Source: a virus | Taxonomy: Duplodnaviria; Heunggongvirae; Uroviricota; Caudoviricetes | Direction: 5' to 3' (one strand) | DNA length: 64,000 nucleotides | Virus record (IMG/VR): IMGVR_UViG_3300037466_001997 | Location: 64,001 to 128,000 of that record | Shown here: piece by piece, positions 35,388-43,823 of the stretch | Layout of the letters: the number at the start of each line of letters is the position of its first letter | Numbering within the stretch: position 1 is the first letter of the stretch | Position numbers and translations under genes: made by a program | Notes under the pieces: generated by a model | What the model was told of the DNA's origin: nothing | What the model saw: the letters and a program-made list of their open reading frames with translations, nothing else | Databases searched by the model: none

Positions 35388-36052
35388 TAAATTCCTGAAA
35401 AGTTGGCTTCCGCTGGTACAGCATAGAAAAGGTTCATGTTCTTGGAACGGAACATGACAAGTCTGTTTTTAGAAATCGTCACGTCATAGGAATGAGGCAA
35501 AAATTTCAAATTCTCGACTTTCAGAACGATACGGAATTTCTGGTCCGATTCACCGATTTTATGGGAAAAGTAATCAGCACCTTGGTCTTTTGGGTTCATG
35601 GTTCGCACCACGATATCCGTTCCGTCGCAATCGATAGAAATATATTCTTGTTGATACAGGCTGACAGCCTTAAGGATGGTCCTGTAGTGTTCGGCTGATA
35701 GCTCAAATGAGAACATCGCTTCACCGAACTGCAAATTCTTTTCCTTGTCCGGATGGACAATGAGAGACGGATTGCAATAGCGATAGGTAGCTGTGTGGCT
35801 ACCTTCCTGAATAGTCACCTTGGTATCAGAGAATGTCAGTTCTGGGTCTTTAAACAGGGACAGAAGCCCAAGGAATGTAGGCAATTCATAGATCGCAAAA
35901 TCCCTTGGGAATTCTTCCTGTATAATTGCTTCCCCATACACCACTTTCAGCTTAGTGAAAGTGCGTTGACGGTTTCCCTGAAACACCATGATCGACTCGT
36001 TGATGGTCGAAAAATTTTGTAGAATTTCTAGTGTTTCTTTGGAAATCTTCAT
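35387..36052 (-). CDS. gp45: Sliding clamp (gp45)
   Basis: MKISKETLEILQNFSTIN, FAIYEL..FL; synteny. Confidence 0.95.
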   Translation of the reverse strand: MKISKETLEILQNFSTINESIMVFQGNRQRTFTKLKVVYGEAIIQEEFPRDFAIYELPTFLGLLSLFKDPELTFSDTKVTIQEGSHTATYRYCNPSLIVHPDKEKNLQFGEAMFSFELSAEHYRTILKAVSLYQQEYISIDCDGTDIVVRTMNPKDQGADYFSHKIGESDQKFRIVLKVENLKFLPHSYDVTISKNRLVMFRSKNMNLFYAVPAEANFSGI

Positions 36053-36450
36053 TCGTTAGGGTTATTCTCTGAATAGTAGTGTAGCAGTATAATATAATGA
36101 ATGGCTTTGAACAAGTCTTTTTTGTTCTTTCCTTCCTTTTTTCCGTATCGAGCAAGGTATTTGATAGCGTTGCCCTTAAGAAAATCTAGACTTTCGGAAT
36201 TAGCCATAATATAGTCTAGAGTTTGCACACCACCCTTTTCAGAGTAATGTGCTTCATAGGTAGAATTGATATAATCCATTACTTCCTTGAAAGTAATATC
36301 TTCTTTGAATTTGTAATCTATTTTCTGCAATGGTATTGTTTTACTTTGAATTGTGATGTTTGACCATGATTGATCCCAATCATCCAAGGGATCAAATGGT
36401 CTATGCCAGTAGTCAGCCCGCATATACCACGGAATAGGGTCGCCGGTCAT
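36049..36450 (-). CDS. DUF3310-like protein
   Basis: FLKGNAIKY..RYGKK.G...DLFKAIHY. Confidence 0.75.
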   Translation of the reverse strand: MTGDPIPWYMRADYWHRPFDPLDDWDQSWSNITIQSKTIPLQKIDYKFKEDITFKEVMDYINSTYEAHYSEKGGVQTLDYIMANSESLDFLKGNAIKYLARYGKKEGKNKKDLFKAIHYIILLHYYSENNPNE

Positions 36451-37292
36451 TTCTTCAATCCCTTGACATCAGCCTTGTCGGCTGTAGGGCTTGACTTTGT
36501 GGACGCCACGGCTGGCAAATTACCAACGAACTTGTAGGTGCCGATATGATTGACGTTCATCCATGGGCAAATCCAAATCGATACCCCGAGACGGCGAGAT
36601 TCCTGACAGAAGAAATAATCTTCTGACAGATGCCGGTCATTCATGATGGGGTCTTGGAAATACGCCATAATACGGCGTTCGCCGTCGAAATTCTTGGAAC
36701 GAACGTGATCCGGCGAATAGAGGAAATTCGGACGTTCCTTGTTCCACTTTTCGAACACGCTCTTGCGAATAAGCATGAAGCCTGTACCAATTTCCAGAAC
36801 TTCAAGCGGCTGGTCTAGATACACCGGCCCTTCACGGACTGGATTGAAAACGAAATCACCCGCATATTGTTCTAGCGTGAAAGGATTTTCGTCGGCAAAG
36901 CCTTGATCTACAGCCCGCTTGACCTTTTCCCAAGAAATCGACTTCTTTGGGTATGGTCCACCGATGATGCTCTTATCTTCATCCTCGGAAATTTGCAACA
37001 TCGCAACCACGTCCATTGGATTAAACTCGATATCCGAGTCCAAGAACAGAAGGTCTGTGAAATCGCTACGCATAAATTCATCGGCGCAATAATTTCTAGC
37101 TCTGGTTATCAGAGACTCATTGAACAATGAGAAGAATATATTGCGAATTCCATAGTTATTCAGGATGCTAATCAAATCAATAACAGATTTGGTGTAGAAC
37201 CCCGAACACTGTCCGCCATACATTGGCGTGGCAATAAATACTGAACGTTTACGTAGTTGGTCTATATTAAGTGTAATCTGTCTATCTGTCAA
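36447..37292 (-). CDS. GT2-like glycosyltransferase
   Basis: IATPMYGG, ESLITRARN, LFLDSDI, GTGFMLI, LSEDYFFC. Confidence 0.75.
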   Translation of the reverse strand: MTDRQITLNIDQLRKRSVFIATPMYGGQCSGFYTKSVIDLISILNNYGIRNIFFSLFNESLITRARNYCADEFMRSDFTDLLFLDSDIEFNPMDVVAMLQISEDEDKSIIGGPYPKKSISWEKVKRAVDQGFADENPFTLEQYAGDFVFNPVREGPVYLDQPLEVLEIGTGFMLIRKSVFEKWNKERPNFLYSPDHVRSKNFDGERRIMAYFQDPIMNDRHLSEDYFFCQESRRLGVSIWICPWMNVNHIGTYKFVGNLPAVASTKSSPTADKADVKGLKK

Positions 37293-37301
37293 AAGTAATC
37301 C

Positions 37302-38240
37302 TCAGAGCCATGGCGTCCATGGCTGTATTAGCTCTTTGTCTCCATCTACAACATCACTGGTTACATTCTTAGGTTTCACAGATTCGTATTCAAGTTTAAA
37401 TATATCCATCAAAGCGTTCTTGGTATGAGTATTGAAACGACTCATACAGTATTCAACTGCCAGCATATCATTTTTCCAAATGGAATATGCTTTCATTATT
37501 TGAACTAGTCGTCTGGTGGATATAGTGTGATCTATGCGGCCATTCTTGTAAGATGCTCTAACTTTGTTGGCAAAGCTTACAGCGGCCTTGATCAAGGTAT
37601 CGTTCTTGACATTATATGATTTAAGAACGGTTGTCAATATCTTTTTTTCGATCTTTTCCTCTGGATAATCACATTCGAATGTAATGGGAAATCTTTCCAG
37701 AAAGGCTTCGTTCAGGATTTGTGTTCCTACGAATGATCCTGTATCGTCGCCTATGCCCTTGGTATTGGCGGTCGCAAACACCTGAAAACCGTCTTTTGGG
37801 CGAACCCATTCTTTGGTTTTCTTGATCAAGTATCCCTTGCCTTCCAAGATGCTCTGCAAACACATGATCAGCATCGGAGAAGCCAAGTCCAGTTCGTCAA
37901 GCAGCAACACGCCACCGGTTTCCATGGCGTCAATTACCGGTCCCTTCGAATATGTTGTGGAACCGTCTTCCAATCGAATGCCACCAATCAAGTCGTCTTC
38001 ATCGGTTTGAAAGGTGATGTTCACTCGAAAATAATCACGCTGTTTGACAGCGCATATATGTTCGATGGTTTCAGTCTTGCCACAGCCGGACGGGCCGGAA
38101 AGCAGGCAGGGGAAATAGATGTTAGACTCTAGAAGTTTCGTACAATCGTCATAAACGCCAAAAGGAATGAATAATGGATTCTTATCTGGTATCAATCTTG
38201 CCGCCAAATTCCGACATCCTGTCCACGAAATCGTTGACAA
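37302..38240 (-). CDS. MoxR/CbbQ/CobS-like AAA+ ATPase
   Basis: GPSGCGKT, LLLDELD, ATANTKG, AFLERF, STRRLV. Confidence 0.9.
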   Translation of the reverse strand: MSTISWTGCRNLAARLIPDKNPLFIPFGVYDDCTKLLESNIYFPCLLSGPSGCGKTETIEHICAVKQRDYFRVNITFQTDEDDLIGGIRLEDGSTTYSKGPVIDAMETGGVLLLDELDLASPMLIMCLQSILEGKGYLIKKTKEWVRPKDGFQVFATANTKGIGDDTGSFVGTQILNEAFLERFPITFECDYPEEKIEKKILTTVLKSYNVKNDTLIKAAVSFANKVRASYKNGRIDHTISTRRLVQIMKAYSIWKNDMLAVEYCMSRFNTHTKNALMDIFKLEYESVKPKNVTSDVVDGDKELIQPWTPWL

Positions 38241-39873
38241 AGATGTTAGGATTGTTTTTCAAAAGTTTAGTTCCGATGGTAAACACCCCAGACATGCCAC
38301 CCACTTCCGGTTTGAAATCGTAAGTGTTACCCGACTTGATAAAATAGGTCCAAAGGTTGGCACCGGTCCTGTGCCTCAAAATTTTCGAGAGGGGCGCAAG
38401 CGCCGTGTCTCGACCCATGAAGTCATTAGCCGATGATGTCATGAATCTAGATTTTTTGTCGATATATGTTGCGGCCTTCACAGAATTGGTACAGCCGCCA
38501 TCGGTCAAAAAGATGACATTCATCACGTCGATATAGTTCTTGTCGATGAAGTCAAGAGTCAAAGTTTTACTATAATGTAGTGCGGAAGTCAACGGGGTAA
38601 ATCCACACAGGTCAAAATTTTCAATTTTTGGGAGAATATCAGTGATGGCACCGATAGAATCCTTGGAAGTGAAGAACGGACGCAATGAAAATTTTGTACC
38701 GGTCAATGCACATTCGTTCTTGCCATCCGTAAATCCGTATGCCTCGAATGGCACATTGATTTGCTTACAAAACAACGTCAATATATACAAATGTTCTACA
38801 ACAGCATCCCAGACCCCAGACATAGAAGAACTGGTGTCAACGATCATAATGAAACCATGGTTTTTCTGCTTATCGACAATGGTCTTTCGCAACATGATAT
38901 CATTGTTGAATTTGTAGGTGTACAGCTTCAACGGATCGATAATGCCGGTCTTGTTGGTCATAACCCTAGAGAACAGTTTAGCGTTCTTTTTGCGCTGAAA
39001 AACGGACGCCATCTTATTGATAAGGTTTTTATGCCGTGGCGGTGCCGTTGTCTTGGCGAGCGTACCAGAAAAATAGGATAATACGTGTTTGTAGTTGCTG
39101 TCCGGCACATAGAGGGTTCCGTGTTCCTTCCATGTAAGGTTCGGCGGCTTGGGATTGATGTTCGTCACCCGCTTTACCAGCCCCTGCAAATCCTTCTGGG
39201 TTTCGAGCAAGGTCACTTCAACGTTGAAATCACCAACACCGATGCGAAGTAACAGAGGCTCTGATTCCGAACCCGCCGTCTTGGCGGCATCGTCCATCTG
39301 TTCAAAAAAATCATCCGCAATTTTTTTTATTTCGGCAAATGTTCGTGCAGCATTGGTTCTGGAAATCCATTGATCGTCTGGGTGCGGGAAAACCAGATGA
39401 TATGGATTGGTGAGGAAAATCGTCTTGTAATAGAGGTTGATTCGGTCAATCAGACTGAAATCATGGGCCTTGGCCGGATCATGGGCGATGCCCCACAAAT
39501 CCTGTACATTGACAAATTCGTGATTGCCTTGCGCATACCATTGACGCATGGCCACATATTTTTCCGTCATCAGACGGTCCACACGGGCATCCTCGAATAC
39601 GTTCAGCACATCCATATAGGAGCGCTGATGTTCATCGGGACGTGATTCGATGGCCTCTAGCCATTCACGACAAGGCGTAAAAATTGCATGGGAAATTTCG
39701 TGACAAAGCAGATACCGCAACAATTCATGGGCTGCATCCCATTGCGGGAGCGTTAGAACTCTGGTGTTGAGATTGAACCGGGCGGTATCTGCTTGTTGGT
39801 CTATCGAAATCGTAATGTCTTCTTCCGCCAAGATGTTGGAAAACACATTGGCGTATTCGATAGAAAATGCCAT
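38182..39873 (-). CDS. CobT-like metallopeptidase plus VWA domain protein
   Basis: HEISH, NVFEDARV, VDTSSSM (MIDAS), FLTDG. Confidence 0.8.
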   Translation of the reverse strand: MAFSIEYANVFSNILAEEDITISIDQQADTARFNLNTRVLTLPQWDAAHELLRYLLCHEISHAIFTPCREWLEAIESRPDEHQRSYMDVLNVFEDARVDRLMTEKYVAMRQWYAQGNHEFVNVQDLWGIAHDPAKAHDFSLIDRINLYYKTIFLTNPYHLVFPHPDDQWISRTNAARTFAEIKKIADDFFEQMDDAAKTAGSESEPLLLRIGVGDFNVEVTLLETQKDLQGLVKRVTNINPKPPNLTWKEHGTLYVPDSNYKHVLSYFSGTLAKTTAPPRHKNLINKMASVFQRKKNAKLFSRVMTNKTGIIDPLKLYTYKFNNDIMLRKTIVDKQKNHGFIMIVDTSSSMSGVWDAVVEHLYILTLFCKQINVPFEAYGFTDGKNECALTGTKFSLRPFFTSKDSIGAITDILPKIENFDLCGFTPLTSALHYSKTLTLDFIDKNYIDVMNVIFLTDGGCTNSVKAATYIDKKSRFMTSSANDFMGRDTALAPLSKILRHRTGANLWTYFIKSGNTYDFKPEVGGMSGVFTIGTKLLKNNPNIFVNDFVDRMSEFGGKIDTR

Positions 39874-40293
39874 TTAGAATGAAGTGACGAACTGTTTAAT
39901 CAGATTAGCCAATTCGATGCGTTCGTTGATAGCCCGTTTCTCGGCTTCTTCGGCTTGGCGACGATCTTTGTCGTCTTGATATTCCCGTGCCTTGTTTATC
40001 ACCATGTTGGCGAATTTCTGTGACAGCTTATATTTGTCTGACATGTAAATATAGTCAAAAATAGCATTCCAACTGTATCCACCATTTTTGGTGTCATAAA
40101 CACAGAAACGATGTGTGGAAGTGTCGGCATCAGGTCCAGAAACAACAACCTTCACTGATGATACTTCACCCTTGAAATACAATTCATACTGATCTTGCAT
40201 AACATGCCCTGAATATGGTTCCATAACGGAAAGTTTTCGAACCACCGTATCATAGGCCGTTTGATTTAGTTCCAACAATTCTTGTGGTGTCAA
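39874..40293 (-). CDS. Hypothetical protein
   Basis: Start refined to TTG overlapping def stop. Confidence 0.5.
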   Translation of the reverse strand: MTPQELLELNQTAYDTVVRKLSVMEPYSGHVMQDQYELYFKGEVSSVKVVVSGPDADTSTHRFCVYDTKNGGYSWNAIFDYIYMSDKYKLSQKFANMVINKAREYQDDKDRRQAEEAEKRAINERIELANLIKQFVTSF

Positions 40294-40826
40294 TTTCGCA
40301 ATCCCAAAAGTTGTGTAGTGTTGTAGTGAATTCCAGTACGCTTGGCACACTTCTTGACCATCATTTCGATCTTAAGCCTGCTAAATCCGGCAAAGAACGG
40401 CTTGCCAAGCATATGGCACATTTCGTGCTGGAATATGCGGGCGGTCAATCCATCGAACTTGATCGTGTCCACATGGCCATTCACATTGGCATAGCGCACC
40501 CGGATAGAGCGGGCACGTTCAACCTTGGCAATCAGACCGGGGAATGAAAGGCACCCTTCTTCCAAAAGCTCTGTCTCGCCAGATACGGAAACAATCTGTG
40601 CGTTGAAACATGGAATGATCGAATTTTTCGTGCGTCCGTCCCCAAAGACAAACAGCCGATACGGCAGGCCGACTTGATTAGCGGACAGACCGTAGCCCTT
40701 CATTTCAGCAAGCTTGTCTCGTAAATTTTCGAATGCCTCTTGGGCATTCTCTGTCTGAAAATCGAACGGTCTAGTTTCGGTATAAAGGATTGGGTTATCA
40801 AAATCTACCAAATCAAGATGGCTCAT
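40290..40826 (-). CDS. def: Peptide deformylase
   Basis: GLSANQVG, EGCLS, QHEMCH. Confidence 0.9.
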   Translation of the reverse strand: MSHLDLVDFDNPILYTETRPFDFQTENAQEAFENLRDKLAEMKGYGLSANQVGLPYRLFVFGDGRTKNSIIPCFNAQIVSVSGETELLEEGCLSFPGLIAKVERARSIRVRYANVNGHVDTIKFDGLTARIFQHEMCHMLGKPFFAGFSRLKIEMMVKKCAKRTGIHYNTTQLLGLRN

Positions 40827-41448
40827 TTTCTTCCTTTTCGAACAAACTCTCTACAGCAAATTGACCTTGTATATTTTCAATTTGCTGTTCAAGGGTTGGT
40901 TCATAACTAAAATTTGACAACAATGATTTGTTTCTATCCACTGTCGCATACTGCCATTCAGACAGATGGATTTTGAGAACTTCCATCATATCATCGTATG
41001 AGTGGAAAAATTTCAGATTGTTACCCTGTGTTTCGGATACAATCTTGACGTTACCATAGCGCCAGAAATCTTCCGAACATACGACAAATTTGGTCTGTTC
41101 CTTTTCAGCATACAGACCAAGCTCTAGCAGAGTGATTGGTGACTGGGTTCCGGGCAAGAAATTGTAGATGATGAAATTAGCGGCATCCTGTGCCTTCAAT
41201 TCCCAATCGACTTGCTCGTAAAACTGTTCACCGGGGACAGGAGTTTGCTTCCACGACGCATCCCAGTCGGTTCGACGGGGATTGAAAATGATCACATCGA
41301 AATTTTCATCAAGTTCAGTTTCGGTCTTGGCTTGCCAATCATCGGCCTTGCCCATTTCAATGGAACCGCCAAGGAAGACTTTCGGGTAATTGTATGGTAG
41401 AAGTGGGATACCTAGCTTGTCAAATGTATTAGGCTTTAAGATTGGCAT
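40813..41448 (-). CDS. Nucleoside 2-deoxyribosyltransferase-like protein
   Basis: VFLGGSI...DWQ, NPRR, QVDWE, SPITLLELG. Confidence 0.8.
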   Translation of the reverse strand: MPILKPNTFDKLGIPLLPYNYPKVFLGGSIEMGKADDWQAKTETELDENFDVIIFNPRRTDWDASWKQTPVPGEQFYEQVDWELKAQDAANFIIYNFLPGTQSPITLLELGLYAEKEQTKFVVCSEDFWRYGNVKIVSETQGNNLKFFHSYDDMMEVLKIHLSEWQYATVDRNKSLLSNFSYEPTLEQQIENIQGQFAVESLFEKEENEPS

Positions 41449-41617
41449 TTTTGGTTCTTCTGTAATCGTCCAGCGCTCGAATAGCGGGACGGGCTTCGTC
41501 TCTAAATTCTTTCCACATCGTACAACCGGTATGGTCGCACATAAGGCATTGTACCTTGTTCACAGACATACCAGCGGCTTTACATATCGCCCGGCTGACT
41601 GCTTCCACTTCCGACAC
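41429..41617 (-). CDS. Hypothetical protein
   Basis: VEAVSRAIC...ARPAIRAL, CxxC. Confidence 0.45.
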   Translation of the reverse strand: MSEVEAVSRAICKAAGMSVNKVQCLMCDHTGCTMWKEFRDEARPAIRALDDYRRTKNANLKA

Positions 41618-42377
41618 GATACTTTTCCTCTACCTTGATTGGATAGTTTCGTTCGATCTTAGAACGAATGACTGGCTTTGACGGATGATATGCATCTGGT
41701 ATAGTCGCCAGTTCCTGCATTGTCAAGAATCGTTCTTCTGTTGTCTTAGTTATCTCTGTACCAACACGGAAACTTGGTGGATATTGATCAAAGAACTTGA
41801 CGCCAGATTCGTGGAGCATTTCCAGCTTTTCTCTGGTATTCTTGTTCATCAGCTTGGAATGACCGAAGAAATAATGTGCGGCTGATTGAACAGAATTCTT
41901 GAAAGCGTCTTGTTGCCTCCACAGAATCATGTTTTCCGCTTCTTCCCAAGAAGGCACGTTGATGATCCGGCAGTCGAATGACGGGATCACTTTTGGCATT
42001 CCGCCAAAATACATCGTGTAGGCCATGGCAAACTTTGCCGAACACAGGCTGGCCAGAACGGATGCTAGTTTCTGAATCTTGCCATCGAACATGAATTGTG
42101 CGGGAGGCGCACAAGGTTCCCAGAGCAACGAAATCTCGTCTGACTGGGTGTATCCAAGCGATGCTTTGGTTTCGTTAACCAGAAATTCCGTGGTTTCGAT
42201 CATACAGGCCGACATGTCACGGTCAAATGGCCGCTTCATCTTCCGAGTGAAGGAAGAAAAAGAGCGACCATCGAGTCTGGCGTAAACTGGTAGAGTGGTA
42301 TCTAGTCTTGCTTCCGTGAATGGCTTTTCATATGCCTTCATGCGGTCGCCAAAATTATCATGATGCTTTACTGACAA
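41580..42377 (-). CDS. Thg1-like protein (tRNAHis guanylyltransferase family, 3'-5' polymerase)
   Basis: GDRMKAYE, ARLDGRSFSSFT, GYTQSDEISL, FDCR, WRQQDA. Confidence 0.9.
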   Translation of the reverse strand: MSVKHHDNFGDRMKAYEKPFTEARLDTTLPVYARLDGRSFSSFTRKMKRPFDRDMSACMIETTEFLVNETKASLGYTQSDEISLLWEPCAPPAQFMFDGKIQKLASVLASLCSAKFAMAYTMYFGGMPKVIPSFDCRIINVPSWEEAENMILWRQQDAFKNSVQSAAHYFFGHSKLMNKNTREKLEMLHESGVKFFDQYPPSFRVGTEITKTTEERFLTMQELATIPDAYHPSKPVIRSKIERNYPIKVEEKYRVGSGSSQPGDM

Positions 42378-42585
42378 ATTGGTTCATTACCTTATAAATT
42401 TTATCGAATTCTTCGTTGGTATCTTTTTCAGTCAGAACAACGTGGTTATCCGTTCGGGCCTTGAAACAAATAGGCTCTGGTAGGTCAAACAGAACATAGC
42501 TGGTGCCTTCGAAATCCTGACAGAGGATTCCTCTGAAATTCTTCCGAGCGTAATCCACACAATCTTCAAAGGTAGCCATCATCAC
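42358..42585 (-). CDS. Hypothetical protein
   Basis: ORF in operon. Confidence 0.5.
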   Translation of the reverse strand: MMMATFEDCVDYARKNFRGILCQDFEGTSYVLFDLPEPICFKARTDNHVVLTEKDTNEEFDKIYKVMNQFVSKAS

Positions 42586-43490
42586 ACCAACCTTGGGTCT
42601 TTTACCTTCCCAAGGTACAGCATTTCATCTACTGCGTCAACCTTCGAACAGAAAGTTTTGAAAATATCTTTTGCTTCTGTTTCCGTCAAGTCAAAAGATT
42701 CAATTTCAGCTTTAGTTTGGAACAAAAATTTTCCATTCGAACCATTCTTTGCAATTATATTTGGATTTGGTTCTTTTTGTTTCTCTTTGACGACATATGT
42801 CTTCGGAAAACTACGGGAAGTGTCCATATAATCACCTTGCATGAAGATATGCCAAGGTTTATCATCCCACCCCAAAACTAGATCATAGTGATAAGTTCTT
42901 GAACCAAGCCAACTGGTACTTTCCGTATATCTTACCTTTGTTCCAACTCTGGCCATATAGAATTTACCCATATAAATGCCAGATACATTCGTTCCTTCGA
43001 TTTCATCACCGGGAACTGGTGTGTAGTCTTCCTTGGGCTTGATGGATTCGAGATATTCCGGATGATCGCCACGAACCAAATAGTTCTGACTTCCATCACG
43101 TGCCCAGACGAATGACCCTAGAAGTTTGCCATGATCGATCACACCGGTATCGATAATGTCAGTGAGATTGTAGGCAGAAATCTCGACCATGAAACCACGA
43201 GGATCATGGATACGAAACCACTTATTATCCGTGGTCCAGCGGGATACGGTATCCGCTATCCTAAACCCCTCTACCGGAACGTTATCGAACACGTATTCTT
43301 TCGGTTCGGGATCATCTTCTTTTTTCCGGCCATACCAGTAACCACCGGCCCATTGACGGGCTGTGTCTTTGCGTTTGGCGGCGGCGGCGTCGTTGCCGTC
43401 TGGGGTCAAAAAAGAAAGCGGGAAATCACCCGCTTCGTTTAGTTTTTTGACTACTAGATATTGTGGAGGATACTTTCTTGGAAGTGCCAA
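42582..43490 (-). CDS. Conserved phage hypothetical protein
   Basis: N.P.EGFRI, DPRGF..EIS, WARDG motifs. Confidence 0.65.
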   Translation of the reverse strand: MALPRKYPPQYLVVKKLNEAGDFPLSFLTPDGNDAAAAKRKDTARQWAGGYWYGRKKEDDPEPKEYVFDNVPVEGFRIADTVSRWTTDNKWFRIHDPRGFMVEISAYNLTDIIDTGVIDHGKLLGSFVWARDGSQNYLVRGDHPEYLESIKPKEDYTPVPGDEIEGTNVSGIYMGKFYMARVGTKVRYTESTSWLGSRTYHYDLVLGWDDKPWHIFMQGDYMDTSRSFPKTYVVKEKQKEPNPNIIAKNGSNGKFLFQTKAEIESFDLTETEAKDIFKTFCSKVDAVDEMLYLGKVKDPRLV

Positions 43491-43511
43491 TCAATAAGCT
43501 TTCATTTTTTA

Positions 43512-43785
43512 GAATTAGACGGGCGTCCTGACCAGACTAGACGAACCCGTCCATAGTGTGGTGGACAGGTATGGGATTCGAACCCTATGTTTCCCGGTTC
43601 TGTGGTGGGCTAAAGCCGCTTGCATTTCACCACGTATTCGTGGAATTGGCTGTTTTTAGAGCGCTGTTTTGCCCGGATATCTCAAACCCGGCAGTCTCAC
43701 ATTACCCCCTTCTAATACTCACCGGAGTAGCCACATGGGTCTAGTCCGTCGCCGCTACGGCGTAAAGGAGCGGGGCACCAATTCT
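43512..43785 (-). ncRNA. Structured non-coding RNA with circularly permuted tRNA-like domain
   Basis: T-loop GGGTTCGAATCCC and ACCTGTCC-A-CCA precede a 6-nt spacer and a tRNA 5' half GGACGGGT-TC-GTCTAGTCTGGTCAGGAC; own promoter; several hairpins. Confidence 0.6.
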
Positions 43786-43791
43786 TCATTT

Positions 43792-43820
43792 ACTATATAT
43801 CAAAGTTTTTAAGGAGTCAA
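43792..43820 (-). promoter_or_regulatory. Sigma70-type promoter driving the ncRNA
   Basis: TTGACT-N17-TATAGT. Confidence 0.8.
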
Positions 43821-43823
43821 CCC

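Noticed and set aside
43620-43785. Cobalamin riboswitch, RNase P RNA or standard tmRNA as identity of the ncRNA
   Set aside because: Only fragments match (GGTGCCCC, GAGACTGCC, ACAGAAcCGG). The core GGGAA/GCCCCCGCAACTGT and GAGGAAAGTCC motifs are absent, there is no G3.U70, and no ANDN...AA tag frame was found.
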